Shown piece by piece: positions 21,911-32,744 of a DNA stretch of 61,085 nucleotides (position 1 is its first letter; each line of letters opens with the position of its first letter). Made by a program: the position numbers and the translations under genes. The DNA comes from an uncultured Pelagibacteraceae bacterium. GTDB lineage: Bacteria; Pseudomonadota; Alphaproteobacteria; Pelagibacterales; Pelagibacteraceae. Location: assembly GCA_902609065.1 (NCBI GenBank), contig CACLQJ010000001.1, forward strand, positions 1-61,085, read 5' to 3'. A model generated the notes under the pieces. The model saw only the letters and a list, made by a program, of their open reading frames with translations, ran no database searches and had not been told where the DNA came from.

Positions 21911-22588
21911 TTAGTGAAAGTTTCTATATAAAGATACGAGCACACCTTGTATTTTAACTCTGTCAGGACCAAATATTTTAGTCTCATAATTCGTATTAGC
22001 ACTCTCTAGTGCTATAGTTTTTCCTTTTCTTCTTAATCTCTTGAGCATTGCTTCGTGATCGTCAATTAATGCTACTATGATTTTACCATTTTCTGCTGTG
22101 TCTGTTTTTTTTATAATTACTGTATCACCGTCGTTTATACCTGCCTCGATCATCGAATCTCCAGTCACTTTTAGTCCAAAAAATTCACCATTTTTTTTAA
22201 TACTATCTGGCAAAGGGATTCTAGTCACCTCGTTTTGAATTGCCTCTATTGGCGTCCCAGCCGCAATATTTCCGAGAACTGGTACTTCATTGTCATTTAA
22301 TTTATTGTTTTCGTCCAAACCCCCTTTTATAACACTGGGCGAAAAAGTGTTATAAATATCGTTAGCTGAAGCAGTTTCAGGAAGTTTTATTACTTCTAAA
22401 GCTCTAGCCTTATGGGCTAATCTTTTAATAAATCCTCTTTCCTCTAATGCGCTAATCAACCTATGAATTCCTGATTTTGATTTTAAATTTAAGGATTCTT
22501 TCATTTCTTCATATGAGGGAGAAACTCCAGAACCTCTTAATTTCTTATTTATAAATAATAATAAATTTTTTTGTTTTTTTGTTAGCAT
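21911..22588 (-). CDS. lexA: SOS repressor LexA
   Basis: Alphaproteobacterial N-terminus MLT.KQ..LL.FI...PSYEEM...[12 protein letters not shown] cleavage site, GDSM Ser nucleophile and catalytic Lys in MLKR. Confidence 0.96.
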   Translation of the reverse strand: MLTKKQKNLLLFINKKLRGSGVSPSYEEMKESLNLKSKSGIHRLISALEERGFIKRLAHKARALEVIKLPETASANDIYNTFSPSVIKGGLDENNKLNDNEVPVLGNIAAGTPIEAIQNEVTRIPLPDSIKKNGEFFGLKVTGDSMIEAGINDGDTVIIKKTDTAENGKIIVALIDDHEAMLKRLRRKGKTIALESANTNYETKIFGPDRVKIQGVLVSLYRNFH

Positions 22589-22590
22589 AA

Positions 22591-22627
22591 GAACAAATGT
22601 CGTACATATAGTGTTCTATAAAAGTTC
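22591..22627. promoter_or_regulatory. LexA (SOS) operator array upstream of lexA
   Basis: GAAC-N7-GTAC-N7-GTTC-N7-GTTC with half-sites at 22591, 22602, 22613 and 22624. This matches the alphaproteobacterial GAAC-N7-GAAC / GTTC-N7-GTTC SOS box. Confidence 0.85.
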
Positions 22628-22676
22628 TCATACTTAAACAACAGTAAAAAAACAAGTAAAATTAGGCCTAATTCTA

Positions 22677-23468
22677 TTATATTACAGAAAAAATCGAATT
22701 ATCATCTAAGTTTTTCAAAAGTGATTCACCAATTAAAAAAGTTTTAATAGATGTTCTATCTGCAAGTTGCAATAGCTCATCTTTAGATTTTATTCCGCTT
22801 TCAGAAATTAGAGGTCCTGGATGATTGACTAATACATCGTGGATATCATAAGTTGTATTTAAGTCTGTTTCAAGGGTTTTAAGATTTCTGTTATTAATAC
22901 CAATTAACGCCTCTTTAAATTTTAAAGCTTGTCTAGCTTCCTCTACCGTGTGTACTTCTACAATAACTGACATATTAAATTTAGACGCCTCTTCATATAA
23001 ATCATTAGCCATTTTGTCCGATACGCCAGCTAGTATAATTAGGATTGCATCAGCACCATAACTTTTAGCCAATGGTATCTGAAACTTATCTACAAAAAAG
23101 TCTTTACATAGAACAGGTAAATTGATTTTCTGTTTAATTTTACTCATATGGACTAAATTGCCAAGAAAGAAATCCTCCTCTGTTAAAACAGATAAGCATG
23201 TAGCTTTATTACCCTCATATACACTAGCAATTTTAATTGGATCGTAATCTTTTATAATTATTCCAGCTGAGGGACTGGCCTTCTTAATTTCTGCAATAAT
23301 AGAGAATTTCTTATTTTTGAGATTAATCTCAATTTTTTGTTTAAAATTTAAAAATTTAATAGTGCTTTTTGTAATTTCATCTAAAGAGTTTAAATCAATT
23401 GTTTTTTTAAGATTTATAATTTTTTCTTCTTTTTTTTTTATTATTTTTTTTAGTATGTTGTTAGGCAT
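22677..23468 (-). CDS. trpC: Indole-3-glycerol phosphate synthase
   Basis: IIAEIKKASPSAG, LSVLTEE.FF.G, KDF, GADAIL, IGINNRNL and SESGI motifs. Confidence 0.97.
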   Translation of the reverse strand: MPNNILKKIIKKKEEKIINLKKTIDLNSLDEITKSTIKFLNFKQKIEINLKNKKFSIIAEIKKASPSAGIIIKDYDPIKIASVYEGNKATCLSVLTEEDFFLGNLVHMSKIKQKINLPVLCKDFFVDKFQIPLAKSYGADAILIILAGVSDKMANDLYEEASKFNMSVIVEVHTVEEARQALKFKEALIGINNRNLKTLETDLNTTYDIHDVLVNHPGPLISESGIKSKDELLQLADRTSIKTFLIGESLLKNLDDNSIFSVI

Positions 23469-24453
23469 TTTGTATTTTTTCTAAATGTTTTATTGTTTTT
23501 CCTGACAAAATTTGCTCTCTTGCTTTATCATATGCATTTTTAAAATTATCAAATGTTTCATTAACAATTAATCCTGCTGCTGCATTTAGACAGACAGCTT
23601 TTGAAAAATCGTTGTCATCACCTTTAAATATATTAACTATTTTATTAGCATTAAATTTAGAGTCGTTACCAATAATATTTTCTAATTTTTCAGCGTTTAC
23701 ATTTAATTGTATTGGGTCAATTACAATTTCTGTTATTTTATTATCTTTTAACTGTATAACATTAGTTTTTGCATAAGGCGAAATTTCATCTAGACCATCC
23801 TCGCTACAAACAATCCATGCAAAATGAATATTTAAATTTCTTAATGCATTGGCAAATATTTCTAGTAATTTTTTATTAAAAACACCCACTACCTGTTTTC
23901 TTACTAATGCGGGACTACTTAAAGGACCAATCATGTTAAAAATAGTTCTTTTACCAATTCTTTTTCTTGTTGGACCAACATATTTCATTGCGTTGTGATA
24001 GTTTGGTGCAAACATAAAACCAAAATTATTTTTATTTATTTGATTTTCAATTTCTCCTGGTCCAGAATTTATTTTAATTTTTAAAGCCTCCAATACATCT
24101 CCCGATCCACACTTTGATGAAACAGCCTTATTTCCATGTTTAGCAACTTTGACACCCATACTCGATAGTAATAAAGCTGAAGCTGTAGATATATTAAGTG
24201 TATTCATTCCATCACCACCAGTTCCGCAAGTATCAATACAGTCGCTAACATTAACTCTCTTAGATTTTTCTCTTAAAATATAGACACCACCTGCTATTTC
24301 CTCTGATGTTTCGCCTTTATTAGACAATGAGATTAAAAAATCAAATATTTCTTGATCCTGAGCTTTGCCACTCATTAAAAAATTAAACGCACTTTTGCTT
24401 TCATCAAACGATAAATTTTCATTTTTTTTTATTTTTTCTATAATTTGTTTCAT
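23461..24453 (-). CDS. trpD: Anthranilate phosphoribosyltransferase
   Basis: DTCGTGGDG..T.NIST, KHGN.AVSS..GS.D and DGLDE motifs. Confidence 0.97.
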   Translation of the reverse strand: MKQIIEKIKKNENLSFDESKSAFNFLMSGKAQDQEIFDFLISLSNKGETSEEIAGGVYILREKSKRVNVSDCIDTCGTGGDGMNTLNISTASALLLSSMGVKVAKHGNKAVSSKCGSGDVLEALKIKINSGPGEIENQINKNNFGFMFAPNYHNAMKYVGPTRKRIGKRTIFNMIGPLSSPALVRKQVVGVFNKKLLEIFANALRNLNIHFAWIVCSEDGLDEISPYAKTNVIQLKDNKITEIVIDPIQLNVNAEKLENIIGNDSKFNANKIVNIFKGDDNDFSKAVCLNAAAGLIVNETFDNFKNAYDKAREQILSGKTIKHLEKIQNA

Positions 24454-25022
24454 TACTTATAAGTTATAAAGTTTTTTAAAATTTTTATACCCAATTTTGT
24501 CTTAATACTCTCTGGATGAAATTGTACGCCATGAATATTATAAATTTTATGCTGGATCCCCATAATTAAACCATCTTTTGTTTCTGCTGTAATCATTAGG
24601 TCTTTTGATAAACTTTTCTTGTCTATAATTAAACTATGATATCTGGTTGCTTCAAATTTAGGTGGTAGATTTTTTAATATCCCTTTTTTTTTAGAGAATA
24701 TAATACTAGTTTTTCCATGCATTGGTTTCTTAGCTTGTATAATTTTTGAACCAAAAACTTGACCAATAATTTGGTGTCCCAAACATACACCCAATATAGG
24801 AATTTCTTTATATAATTTTTTTACAATATTTAAACAATTACCTGATTGATTTGGATTACCAGGACCAGGTGAAATAACAATCCTATCATATTTTTTTTTT
24901 AATACTTCACCAGATTTAATTTTATCGTTTCTAAATACATCTACTTTTACTTTAAACACAGATAAATAATGAAATAAGTTAAATGTAAAACTATCATAAT
25001 TATCTATCAACAAAATTTTCAT
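24453..25022 (-). CDS. trpG: Anthranilate synthase component II (glutamine amidotransferase)
   Basis: IDNYDSFT.NL, SPGPG.P, GVCLGHQ, RYHSL and QFHPES motifs. Confidence 0.95.
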   Translation of the reverse strand: MKILLIDNYDSFTFNLFHYLSVFKVKVDVFRNDKIKSGEVLKKKYDRIVISPGPGNPNQSGNCLNIVKKLYKEIPILGVCLGHQIIGQVFGSKIIQAKKPMHGKTSIIFSKKKGILKNLPPKFEATRYHSLIIDKKSLSKDLMITAETKDGLIMGIQHKIYNIHGVQFHPESIKTKLGIKILKNFITYK

Positions 25023-26477
25023 TTAACTTATTGCATTTAACAAAGCTTTAGCCTTATTGACAGTTTCGAAATATTCGTTTTTAGGTTTACTATCTGCAAC
25101 TATCCCTGCACCTGCTTGTACATAAAATTTATTATCCTTTGTAATTGCTGTTCTAAGAGCTATACACGTATCAAAATTTCCATTTGCTGAAAAATAACCT
25201 ATACCTCCAGAATAAACTTTACGTCTTGTCTTTTCTAACTCGTCAATAATTTCCATTGCCCGTATTTTCGGGGCACCTGATACTGTGCCAGCAGGAAAAC
25301 CAGACATAAGTGTTTCAAAACGGGTAAATCTATCGCTAAACTGACCAGTGACATTTGATACTATGTGCATTACATGTGAATATTTTTCAATTATAAACTT
25401 CTCGTTTACTTTTACACTACCAATTTTTGAAACTTTTCCAGCATCATTTCTACCCAAGTCTAATAGCATTAGGTGTTCTGAAATTTCTTTTTGATCGTTT
25501 AATAAATCTTTCTTATAAAATAAATCTTGCTTTTTAGTATTACCTCTTGGCCTTGTTCCAGCAATTGGCCTTATTGTAATTTTTTTATCTCTAAGTCTAA
25601 CTAAAATTTCTGGACTTGCCCCAATTATTTGGAAATCTTTAAAATTAAAAAAATACATAAAAGGAGAAGGATTTGTAACTCTCAATTTTTTATAAATATC
25701 GATAGGTTCTTTTGTTAATTTAGTCTCAAATCTTTGACTCAGTACAACTTGAAAAATATCACCAATTTTAATGTATTTTTTTGCTTTTTTTACATTCTCA
25801 ATAAATTTTTTTTTTGAAATATTTGATTTTACCGTATTTTTATAAACATGGTAATTTTTATTTCGAAGAAGATTATAATTAGAAAGAAAAATATTGTGCT
25901 CTAATATATTTAAAATTTCTCTATACTTATTTTTATAATTTTTTATTATTTCATCTGAATAGCAATTATAAATATAATAAATTTTTTTTTTTAAATTATC
26001 GTGAATTATTAAAGTCTTTGGTCTAAAAATTCTTGCATCAGGCAGTTTTAAATCATCTTTACATTTATTCGGGATATTTTCTATATACCTTATAGTGTCG
26101 TATGAAAAATATCCAGCTAATATAGAGCATACATCTGGCAATTCTTTTGGAATAGGAAATTTAAACTTCTCTATAATTCGTTCTAGATTTTTTCTTGGCT
26201 TACCCTTTATAGATATCTTTTTATTATTTTTATAAATATAACTTTTTTCATTATTAAATTCCCAAATTTTATCAGGGTTTTTTCCAAAAATTGTATATCT
26301 ACCTTTTATTTTACCTTTTTCAACAGACTCGAAAACGAAACTATTTTTTTCGTTTAAAAAATTATTGATCAAATTAAAAATTTCTTTTTCACCATTAGTT
26401 TTAAAAGTTAAATATAAAACTTGATTTTGTTTAAATTTATGTTTTTTTTTAAAATCTTTAAAGTTAATATTTAACAT
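25023..26477 (-). CDS. trpE: Anthranilate synthase component I
   Basis: GDIFQVVLSQR, NPSP, PIAGTRPRG, EH.ML.DLGRND and PAGTVSGAPK.RAMEII motifs. Confidence 0.97.
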   Translation of the reverse strand: MLNINFKDFKKKHKFKQNQVLYLTFKTNGEKEIFNLINNFLNEKNSFVFESVEKGKIKGRYTIFGKNPDKIWEFNNEKSYIYKNNKKISIKGKPRKNLERIIEKFKFPIPKELPDVCSILAGYFSYDTIRYIENIPNKCKDDLKLPDARIFRPKTLIIHDNLKKKIYYIYNCYSDEIIKNYKNKYREILNILEHNIFLSNYNLLRNKNYHVYKNTVKSNISKKKFIENVKKAKKYIKIGDIFQVVLSQRFETKLTKEPIDIYKKLRVTNPSPFMYFFNFKDFQIIGASPEILVRLRDKKITIRPIAGTRPRGNTKKQDLFYKKDLLNDQKEISEHLMLLDLGRNDAGKVSKIGSVKVNEKFIIEKYSHVMHIVSNVTGQFSDRFTRFETLMSGFPAGTVSGAPKIRAMEIIDELEKTRRKVYSGGIGYFSANGNFDTCIALRTAITKDNKFYVQAGAGIVADSKPKNEYFETVNKAKALLNAIS

Positions 26478-27898
26478 TATTTAAAATAATTTTTTAATCT
26501 ATCTAATGTGTTTTGATTTACTTTAACTTTATACTTGGAATTTAAAATATCATCATATGAATTTGAAATATTATTTTTTAATTTAAAATTTGATCTGGAA
26601 GTATATATTTTGCCTTCCTCAGAAATATCATTAAAGTTTTTAAAATTAAAATTTTCAACTTTAGTTAGGTAAACATTTTTATCATTGTCAACAATTAATA
26701 AAAAATCGTTTTTAGGTATTGTGTAAAGTAAACTTAAAGAGTCAACATTAAAAAAGGAATTATCATTTTTTGATTTTATTGTAAGTTTTTCTATTTTATT
26801 CTTATCGTTAGAAATTTTAAGAAAATCAGCATCGTTAAACTCACTTTTCTCAATTTTTTTTAATATTTCTTTATTATAATTAAACTTATTTTTAGATTTT
26901 ATTTTATTTAAAAGCTCTTCTGCAAATAATTTGTCTTCTTTAGAAGGTAGTATTTTTTCAATTCTCTTAATTTCATAAATTAAAAAGTAATCCTCTTTGT
27001 CCAAGAGATCAATTTTTTGTTCATTTCTGTATGAATAAATTTCCTCTAAATTTTCATTTCCATCATTTCTAGCATAATAATTTTTCATTTCCTTTAAATT
27101 TATCTTATATTTATTTGATAAACTTTTAAGGTCAAATCCCTCAGCAATATCATTCTCAATATTGTCTATAATTTTAAAAAAATCAGAGTTAAATTCATTT
27201 GAATCTACTAATTGTGTTGGCTCTAATTTTGCATAAAGCACGTCAATGTAATCTTTTTCAAGATCTTTTCTATTTTCCAATATAAATTTATCTATTTCTG
27301 TTTCAGTAAATTCTTTTTTATAAATATTCTCAAGATTAAGATAGCTTACTTCAATTTCTTTTGTTTCTTCCATAAAAAAGTTTTCAATTAAAAATTTTGG
27401 GCTTTTTACTCCACCACTCACATATTTAAAAAGATTATTCTGTAAATTTGCATCCTTTAATTTTTTTTCATATGTAACTGCTGAAACATTATTTTCTAAT
27501 AAAAATTTTTCGTACTTTATTCTTGAAAATTTTCCACTTTCGTCTAGAAATTTTTTGTCATTAGTTATGTTGTTAAATAAAAATTTGTCTGAAGCTATTA
27601 AACCTAATTCATTTATCTCCAAACTTAATAGAGTTGTTGAAATAATTTGACTTAAAATTTCTTGTAAAATATTTTTATCAAGATTTTCTTTTAGCATTTC
27701 TGGTGTAAGTCTTGTTTCATTTACATACTCTATAAAGTCTTGTGTTGATATATTTTCATTATTAATTTTTGCTACGCTATTAGTATTTCCTCCACTAAAT
27801 ACGCTGCCCATACCCCAAAAAACGAAAGGAATTATAATAATCGCTATTAATAATCCAGCAAATTTGCTTTTAGAAAAATTTCTCAGTTTACCTAGCAT
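26477..27898 (-). CDS. SurA N-terminal domain / PpiD-like membrane-anchored periplasmic chaperone
   Basis: N-terminal ML..LR..SKS...TM helix...FVFWG...VAKIN typical of the PpiD family; occupies the usual position between tpiA and trpE. Confidence 0.8.
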   Translation of the reverse strand: MLGKLRNFSKSKFAGLLIAIIIIPFVFWGMGSVFSGGNTNSVAKINNENISTQDFIEYVNETRLTPEMLKENLDKNILQEILSQIISTTLLSLEINELGLIASDKFLFNNITNDKKFLDESGKFSRIKYEKFLLENNVSAVTYEKKLKDANLQNNLFKYVSGGVKSPKFLIENFFMEETKEIEVSYLNLENIYKKEFTETEIDKFILENRKDLEKDYIDVLYAKLEPTQLVDSNEFNSDFFKIIDNIENDIAEGFDLKSLSNKYKINLKEMKNYYARNDGNENLEEIYSYRNEQKIDLLDKEDYFLIYEIKRIEKILPSKEDKLFAEELLNKIKSKNKFNYNKEILKKIEKSEFNDADFLKISNDKNKIEKLTIKSKNDNSFFNVDSLSLLYTIPKNDFLLIVDNDKNVYLTKVENFNFKNFNDISEEGKIYTSRSNFKLKNNISNSYDDILNSKYKVKVNQNTLDRLKNYFK

Positions 27899-27954
27899 AA
27901 TAAAATGTTAATTGTTGATTATAAAAAACAAATCTATAAATTAAAAATAGATTA

Positions 27955-28707
27955 ATGACAAATAATAATATTTATTTTGTTGCAAATTGGAAAATGTATG
28001 GGAATTTAAGGTCGTTAAAATCATTAAATAAAGTAATAAATATTGCAAAATCAAATTTACTAAAAAAAGCTAAAATTATTTATTGCCCCCCATATACACT
28101 TATTGACCAGTTTGTAAAAAAAACAAAAAATACAAAAATTGATATAGGTGCCCAGGACTGTCATTTTAAAAATGGATCTGGTCCATATACTGGTAGAATA
28201 AGCGCAAACCAATTGAAATCGATAGGTACCAAGTATGTCATTTTGGGCCACTCTGAAAAAAGATCAGAAGGTGATACAGATCAAATAATTAATAAAAAAA
28301 TTTTAATTGCTAATCAAGAAAAACTAAAAATAATTTTATGTGTCGGTGAAACCTATAAAGAAAATAAAAATAAAGTTGTACTTAATGTATTAAAAAAACA
28401 ACTTAATTCTAGTCTAAAAAATTTAAAAAAATTTAATAACATCATTTTAGCTTACGAACCAATATGGTCTATAGGTACTGGGCTTATTCCCTTAAACTCA
28501 GAAATTACCAAAAATGTAAATTTTATAAAAAATATAATTAAAAAAAAATACAAAATACAAAATATTAAAGTATTATATGGCGGATCAGTAAATCAAAATA
28601 ATATTAATATATTGAAAAAAATAAATAATATCGATGGTTTTTTAATAGGTGGTGCATCCCAAAATTATAATAAACTTATTGATATAGTAAAAAAAACCAC
28701 TATTTAG
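27955..28707 (+). CDS. tpiA: Triosephosphate isomerase
   Basis: ANWKM, GPYTG, LGHSEKR, AYEPIWSIGTG, LYGGSV and LIGGAS motifs. Confidence 0.97.
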   Translation: MTNNNIYFVANWKMYGNLRSLKSLNKVINIAKSNLLKKAKIIYCPPYTLIDQFVKKTKNTKIDIGAQDCHFKNGSGPYTGRISANQLKSIGTKYVILGHSEKRSEGDTDQIINKKILIANQEKLKIILCVGETYKENKNKVVLNVLKKQLNSSLKNLKKFNNIILAYEPIWSIGTGLIPLNSEITKNVNFIKNIIKKKYKIQNIKVLYGGSVNQNNINILKKINNIDGFLIGGASQNYNKLIDIVKKTTI

Positions 28708-28712
28708 TTGTA

Positions 28713-29006
28713 ATGGAAAATATTTTATTAGTAATAAATATCATCTTAGCAGTCATATTAGTTATACTAGTTTTGCTTCAAAAGTCAGAAGGTGGGGCCT
28801 TAGGAATAGGTGTTTCACAGGATAACTTTATGTTTGCTAGATCCGCTGGTAATTTCATGACTAAGGCAACCGCATTTATAGCAACATTATTTATTATTTG
28901 CAGCTTATCATTAACGATTCTTTCAAGAGGTGATGCCCCAGAAATTAATTCTGTACTTGATAAAATAGAGGAAAATACTGAAGATACACCTAAATTACCT
29001 GAATAA
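28713..29006 (+). CDS. secG: Preprotein translocase subunit SecG
   Basis: Two TM helices with LVLLQKSEGGALG; tpiA-secG-pyrG synteny. Confidence 0.95.
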   Translation: MENILLVINIILAVILVILVLLQKSEGGALGIGVSQDNFMFARSAGNFMTKATAFIATLFIICSLSLTILSRGDAPEINSVLDKIEENTEDTPKLPE

Positions 29007-29051
29007 ATTATTCTTTGTGTTTTTTTTAATTTAGGTCTATAAGATAATTCC

Positions 29052-30668
29052 ATGGCGCGATACATATTCGTTACAGGCGGCGTGGTCTCTTCTTTAGGTA
29101 AAGGTTTATCATCTGCTTCCCTAGCATTTTTACTTAAATCCCTAGGATTTAATGTAAGATTAAGAAAAATGGATCCATATCTAAACGTAGACCCAGGCAC
29201 TATGAGCCCTTTTCAACATGGAGAAGTTTTTGTTACAGATGATGGCGCTGAGACAGATTTAGATTTAGGCCACTATGAAAGATTTACAAATATTTCTGCA
29301 AAGAAATCAGACAATATTACAACTGGAAGAATATACAGTGACATTATAAAAAAAGAGAGAAAAGGTGAGTATTTAGGCAAAACAGTTCAGGTCATTCCAC
29401 ATGTTACTAATAGAATAAAAGAGTTTATTAAAAAAGATATTATAAATGAAGACTTTGTAATTTGTGAGATAGGAGGAACTGTTGGAGATATTGAGAGCTT
29501 ACCTTTCTTAGAGGCTATAAGACAATTCTCTAACGAGGATGGTTTTCAAAAGAGCTTATTTATTCACCTAACTTTAGTACCTTTTTTAAAATCATCAGAT
29601 GAAATTAAAACAAAGCCAACACAGCATTCTGTAAAAGAACTTAGAAGCTTAGGCATTCAGCCAGATATAATTATATGTAGATCTGAAATGCCAATACCCC
29701 CAGATCAAAGAAAAAAAATATCTTTATTTTGCAATGTAAGATTTGAAAATGTTATTGAAACCGTAGATGTTAAAACAATTTACGAGGCTCCAAAAAGCTT
29801 TTATTTAGAAAAATTAGATAAACAGGTGCTTAAATTTTTCAAATTAAAACCAAGAAAAAAAATAAATTTGAAGCCATGGAATAAGATTACAAATACTATA
29901 CTAAGAAGTAAAAAAGTAGTGAATATTGCTTTAATAGGGAAGTATGTGAATTTAAAAGATGCTTATAAATCGCTTGATGAAGCTCTTATCCACGGCGGTA
30001 TAAAAAATAATGTTAAAGTTAATTTGTTACGTCTCGACTCAGAAAAATTAAATAGTAAGGAAATTAATAAAAATTTAAAAAAAGCTTCAGGAATTCTTAT
30101 ACCTGGTGGATTTGGTAAACGTGGAACAGATGGAAAAATTTTGTCAATTAAATTAGCTCGAGAAAAGGGAATACCCTTTTTAGGAATATGTTTTGGTATG
30201 CAATTAGCTGTAATTGAGTTTGCCAGAAATGTTTTAAAAATTAAAAAAGCTGGTTCAAGTGAATTTGATAAAGGATGTGAGCCTGTTGTAGGACTTATGG
30301 AAGAATGGGACAAAAATGGTTCGATTATAAAAGGTACAAATTTGGACCTAGGAGGAACTATGAGATTAGGTGCATTTAGTGCAAAATTAAGACATAATTC
30401 ACTTATAAGAAGTATTTATAGAAAATCTTCAATTTCAGAAAGACATCGACACCGTTATGAAGTTGATTTTAAATTAAAAGAAAAATTTGAAAAAAAAGGT
30501 ATGATTTTTTCAGGAGTATCACCAGATAATAAATTAACTGAAATAATAGAATTAAAAGGCCATCATTGGTTTATTGGTGTTCAATTTCATCCAGAGTTTA
30601 AATCTAGACCTTTGTATCCTCATCCATTATTCTCATCGTTTATTAACGCATCAAAAAAATACAAATGA
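29052..30668 (+). CDS. pyrG: CTP synthase
   Basis: TGGVVSSLGKG, DPYLNVDPGTM, KTKPTQHSV, GICFGMQ, ERHRHRYE and QFHPEF motifs. Confidence 0.98.
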   Translation: MARYIFVTGGVVSSLGKGLSSASLAFLLKSLGFNVRLRKMDPYLNVDPGTMSPFQHGEVFVTDDGAETDLDLGHYERFTNISAKKSDNITTGRIYSDIIKKERKGEYLGKTVQVIPHVTNRIKEFIKKDIINEDFVICEIGGTVGDIESLPFLEAIRQFSNEDGFQKSLFIHLTLVPFLKSSDEIKTKPTQHSVKELRSLGIQPDIIICRSEMPIPPDQRKKISLFCNVRFENVIETVDVKTIYEAPKSFYLEKLDKQVLKFFKLKPRKKINLKPWNKITNTILRSKKVVNIALIGKYVNLKDAYKSLDEALIHGGIKNNVKVNLLRLDSEKLNSKEINKNLKKASGILIPGGFGKRGTDGKILSIKLAREKGIPFLGICFGMQLAVIEFARNVLKIKKAGSSEFDKGCEPVVGLMEEWDKNGSIIKGTNLDLGGTMRLGAFSAKLRHNSLIRSIYRKSSISERHRHRYEVDFKLKEKFEKKGMIFSGVSPDNKLTEIIELKGHHWFIGVQFHPEFKSRPLYPHPLFSSFINASKKYK

Positions 30669-31495
30669 AACAAACAATTGTTAAATGTGATAATTTTGAA
30701 ATTGGTAATAACAAAAAAATTATCCTAATTTCAGGTCCTTGCCAAATGGAGAGTGAGAGCCATGCAATTGAAATGGCATGTAAAATTAAAGAAATTACAA
30801 ATAAACTTAATATAAATTTAGTTTTTAAAACATCTTTTGATAAAGCAAATAGGACAAGTCTTGATGGAAAAAGAGGACTAGGTTTGGAAAAATCATTAAA
30901 AGTTTTTGATAAAATTAGAAAGGAAATTAAGTTGCCAACTTTAACTGACGTACACAACGTTGATCAATGTTCAGCAGTATCTGATGTGATTGATATAATT
31001 CAAATACCAGCCTTTTTATGCAGGCAAACTGACCTGTTAGTAGCAGCTGCAAAAACAGGTAAAATTATAAATGTAAAAAAAGGTCAGTTTCTTGCTCCTT
31101 GGGATATGATCAATGTTACCAAAAAAATTGTTGATAGCGGAAATCATAAAATTCTTTTAACAGAAAGAGGTGCAAGTTTCGGCTATAATACATTAATTTC
31201 AGATATGAGATCTATTCCCATAATGGCTCAGCAAGGTTTTCCAGTGGTATTTGATGCAACACATTCTGTGCAACAACCAGGTGGAAAAGGTGATAGTAGT
31301 GGTGGACAAAGAGAATTTATAGAATATCTAAGCAGAGCTGCAACAGCGGTTGGAATTGCAGCCTTATTTATAGAAGCGCATGACGATCCAGAGACGGCGC
31401 CTTCTGATGGTCCGAATATGTTACGGATCGACAAATTAGAAAATTTGTTAAGTAAAATAATAAAAATTGATAATTTTATAAAATCTTATGAGTAA
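30665..31495 (+). CDS. kdsA: 3-deoxy-8-phosphooctulonate (KDO8P) synthase
   Basis: GPC.ME, SFDKANRTS, QIPAFLCRQTDL, KKGQF, DATHSVQQPGG and SDGP motifs. Confidence 0.97.
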   Translation: MKQTIVKCDNFEIGNNKKIILISGPCQMESESHAIEMACKIKEITNKLNINLVFKTSFDKANRTSLDGKRGLGLEKSLKVFDKIRKEIKLPTLTDVHNVDQCSAVSDVIDIIQIPAFLCRQTDLLVAAAKTGKIINVKKGQFLAPWDMINVTKKIVDSGNHKILLTERGASFGYNTLISDMRSIPIMAQQGFPVVFDATHSVQQPGGKGDSSGGQREFIEYLSRAATAVGIAALFIEAHDDPETAPSDGPNMLRIDKLENLLSKIIKIDNFIKSYE

Positions 31496-32744
31496 AATTA
31501 AAAAGGTAGTCGCAAGACAAGTTTTTGATAGCAGGGGTAACCCGACAATAGAGGTTGAGATATTTTCTAAAAGAACTAGTGCATATGCTATTTGTCCATC
31601 CGGTGCCTCTACAGGCAGTTATGAGGCCTATGAAAAAAGAGATAAAAATAATAAAAAATATTTAGGTAAAAGCGTTTTTAATGCTGTTAACATAGTAAAT
31701 AAAATAATTTCAAAAAAACTTAAAAATCAAAATTTACATGATCAAGAAACAATTGATAATATTTTAATAAGACTTGATGGGACTAAACAAAAAAAAAATT
31801 TAGGTGCAAACACAATTTTAGCTGTATCAATGGCTGTTAAGAAATTATCTGCAAAAGTAAAAGGGGTTCCTTTATACAAGACATTTTTGTTGAATAAAAA
31901 TTTCAAATTACCTTATCCTTTAATGAATATTATAAATGGAGGTGCACACGCAAATAACAATCTTCAAATTCAAGAATTTATGATTAGACCGGATAAAGCC
32001 AAAAATTTTAGCGAAGGATTACAAATGTGTTTTTTAGTAATTAACAAGCTCAGAAAGATCATTAAAGATCTTGGGCATTCAACATCAGTTGGAGACGAAG
32101 GAGGATTTGCACCTATGATAAACGATAATGAAACAGCGTTACAATTAATAGTCAAATCAATAAATAATTCAGGCTTTAAAAATGGTAAAGATATCTCAAT
32201 TTGTCTTGATGTTGCGGCTAATGAATTATTTAAAAAAAATAAATATTGCATTCACTCTAAAAAGTTTATTTCCGTTAATGAAACAGTTAAGAAGTATATT
32301 AAAATGATCAAGAAATATAAGATTAAGTCTATTGAAGACCCATTCGCAGAAAATGATTGGAAAGCATGGAGTCTTTTAATGAGAGAAAATAAAAATAAAA
32401 TACAAATAGTGGGAGACGATTTATACGTAACTAATTTGGAAAGATTAAAAATAGGATTTTTAAATATTTCGTCTAATGCGATTTTAATTAAATTAAATCA
32501 AATAGGCACAGTAACAGAAACAATTGAGGTAATAAAATTTGCAAAACTTATTGGATTTAAAACGATTATTTCTCATAGATCTGGCGAAAGTGAGGACACA
32601 TTTATTGCTGATATGGCAGTTGGTACTGGTTCTGAACAAATAAAAACAGGCTCACTTGCTAGATCTGAACGAGTAGCAAAATATAATCAATTATTAAGAA
32701 TTGAGGAAAATATCAAAGTTAAACAAAATATGGCTAAAATATAA
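31488..32744 (+). CDS. eno: Enolase
   Basis: DSRGNPT, PSGASTG, GDEGGFAP, GDDL, K.NQIG, SHRSGE.ED and RSER.AKYN motifs. Confidence 0.98.
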   Translation: MSKIKKVVARQVFDSRGNPTIEVEIFSKRTSAYAICPSGASTGSYEAYEKRDKNNKKYLGKSVFNAVNIVNKIISKKLKNQNLHDQETIDNILIRLDGTKQKKNLGANTILAVSMAVKKLSAKVKGVPLYKTFLLNKNFKLPYPLMNIINGGAHANNNLQIQEFMIRPDKAKNFSEGLQMCFLVINKLRKIIKDLGHSTSVGDEGGFAPMINDNETALQLIVKSINNSGFKNGKDISICLDVAANELFKKNKYCIHSKKFISVNETVKKYIKMIKKYKIKSIEDPFAENDWKAWSLLMRENKNKIQIVGDDLYVTNLERLKIGFLNISSNAILIKLNQIGTVTETIEVIKFAKLIGFKTIISHRSGESEDTFIADMAVGTGSEQIKTGSLARSERVAKYNQLLRIEENIKVKQNMAKI

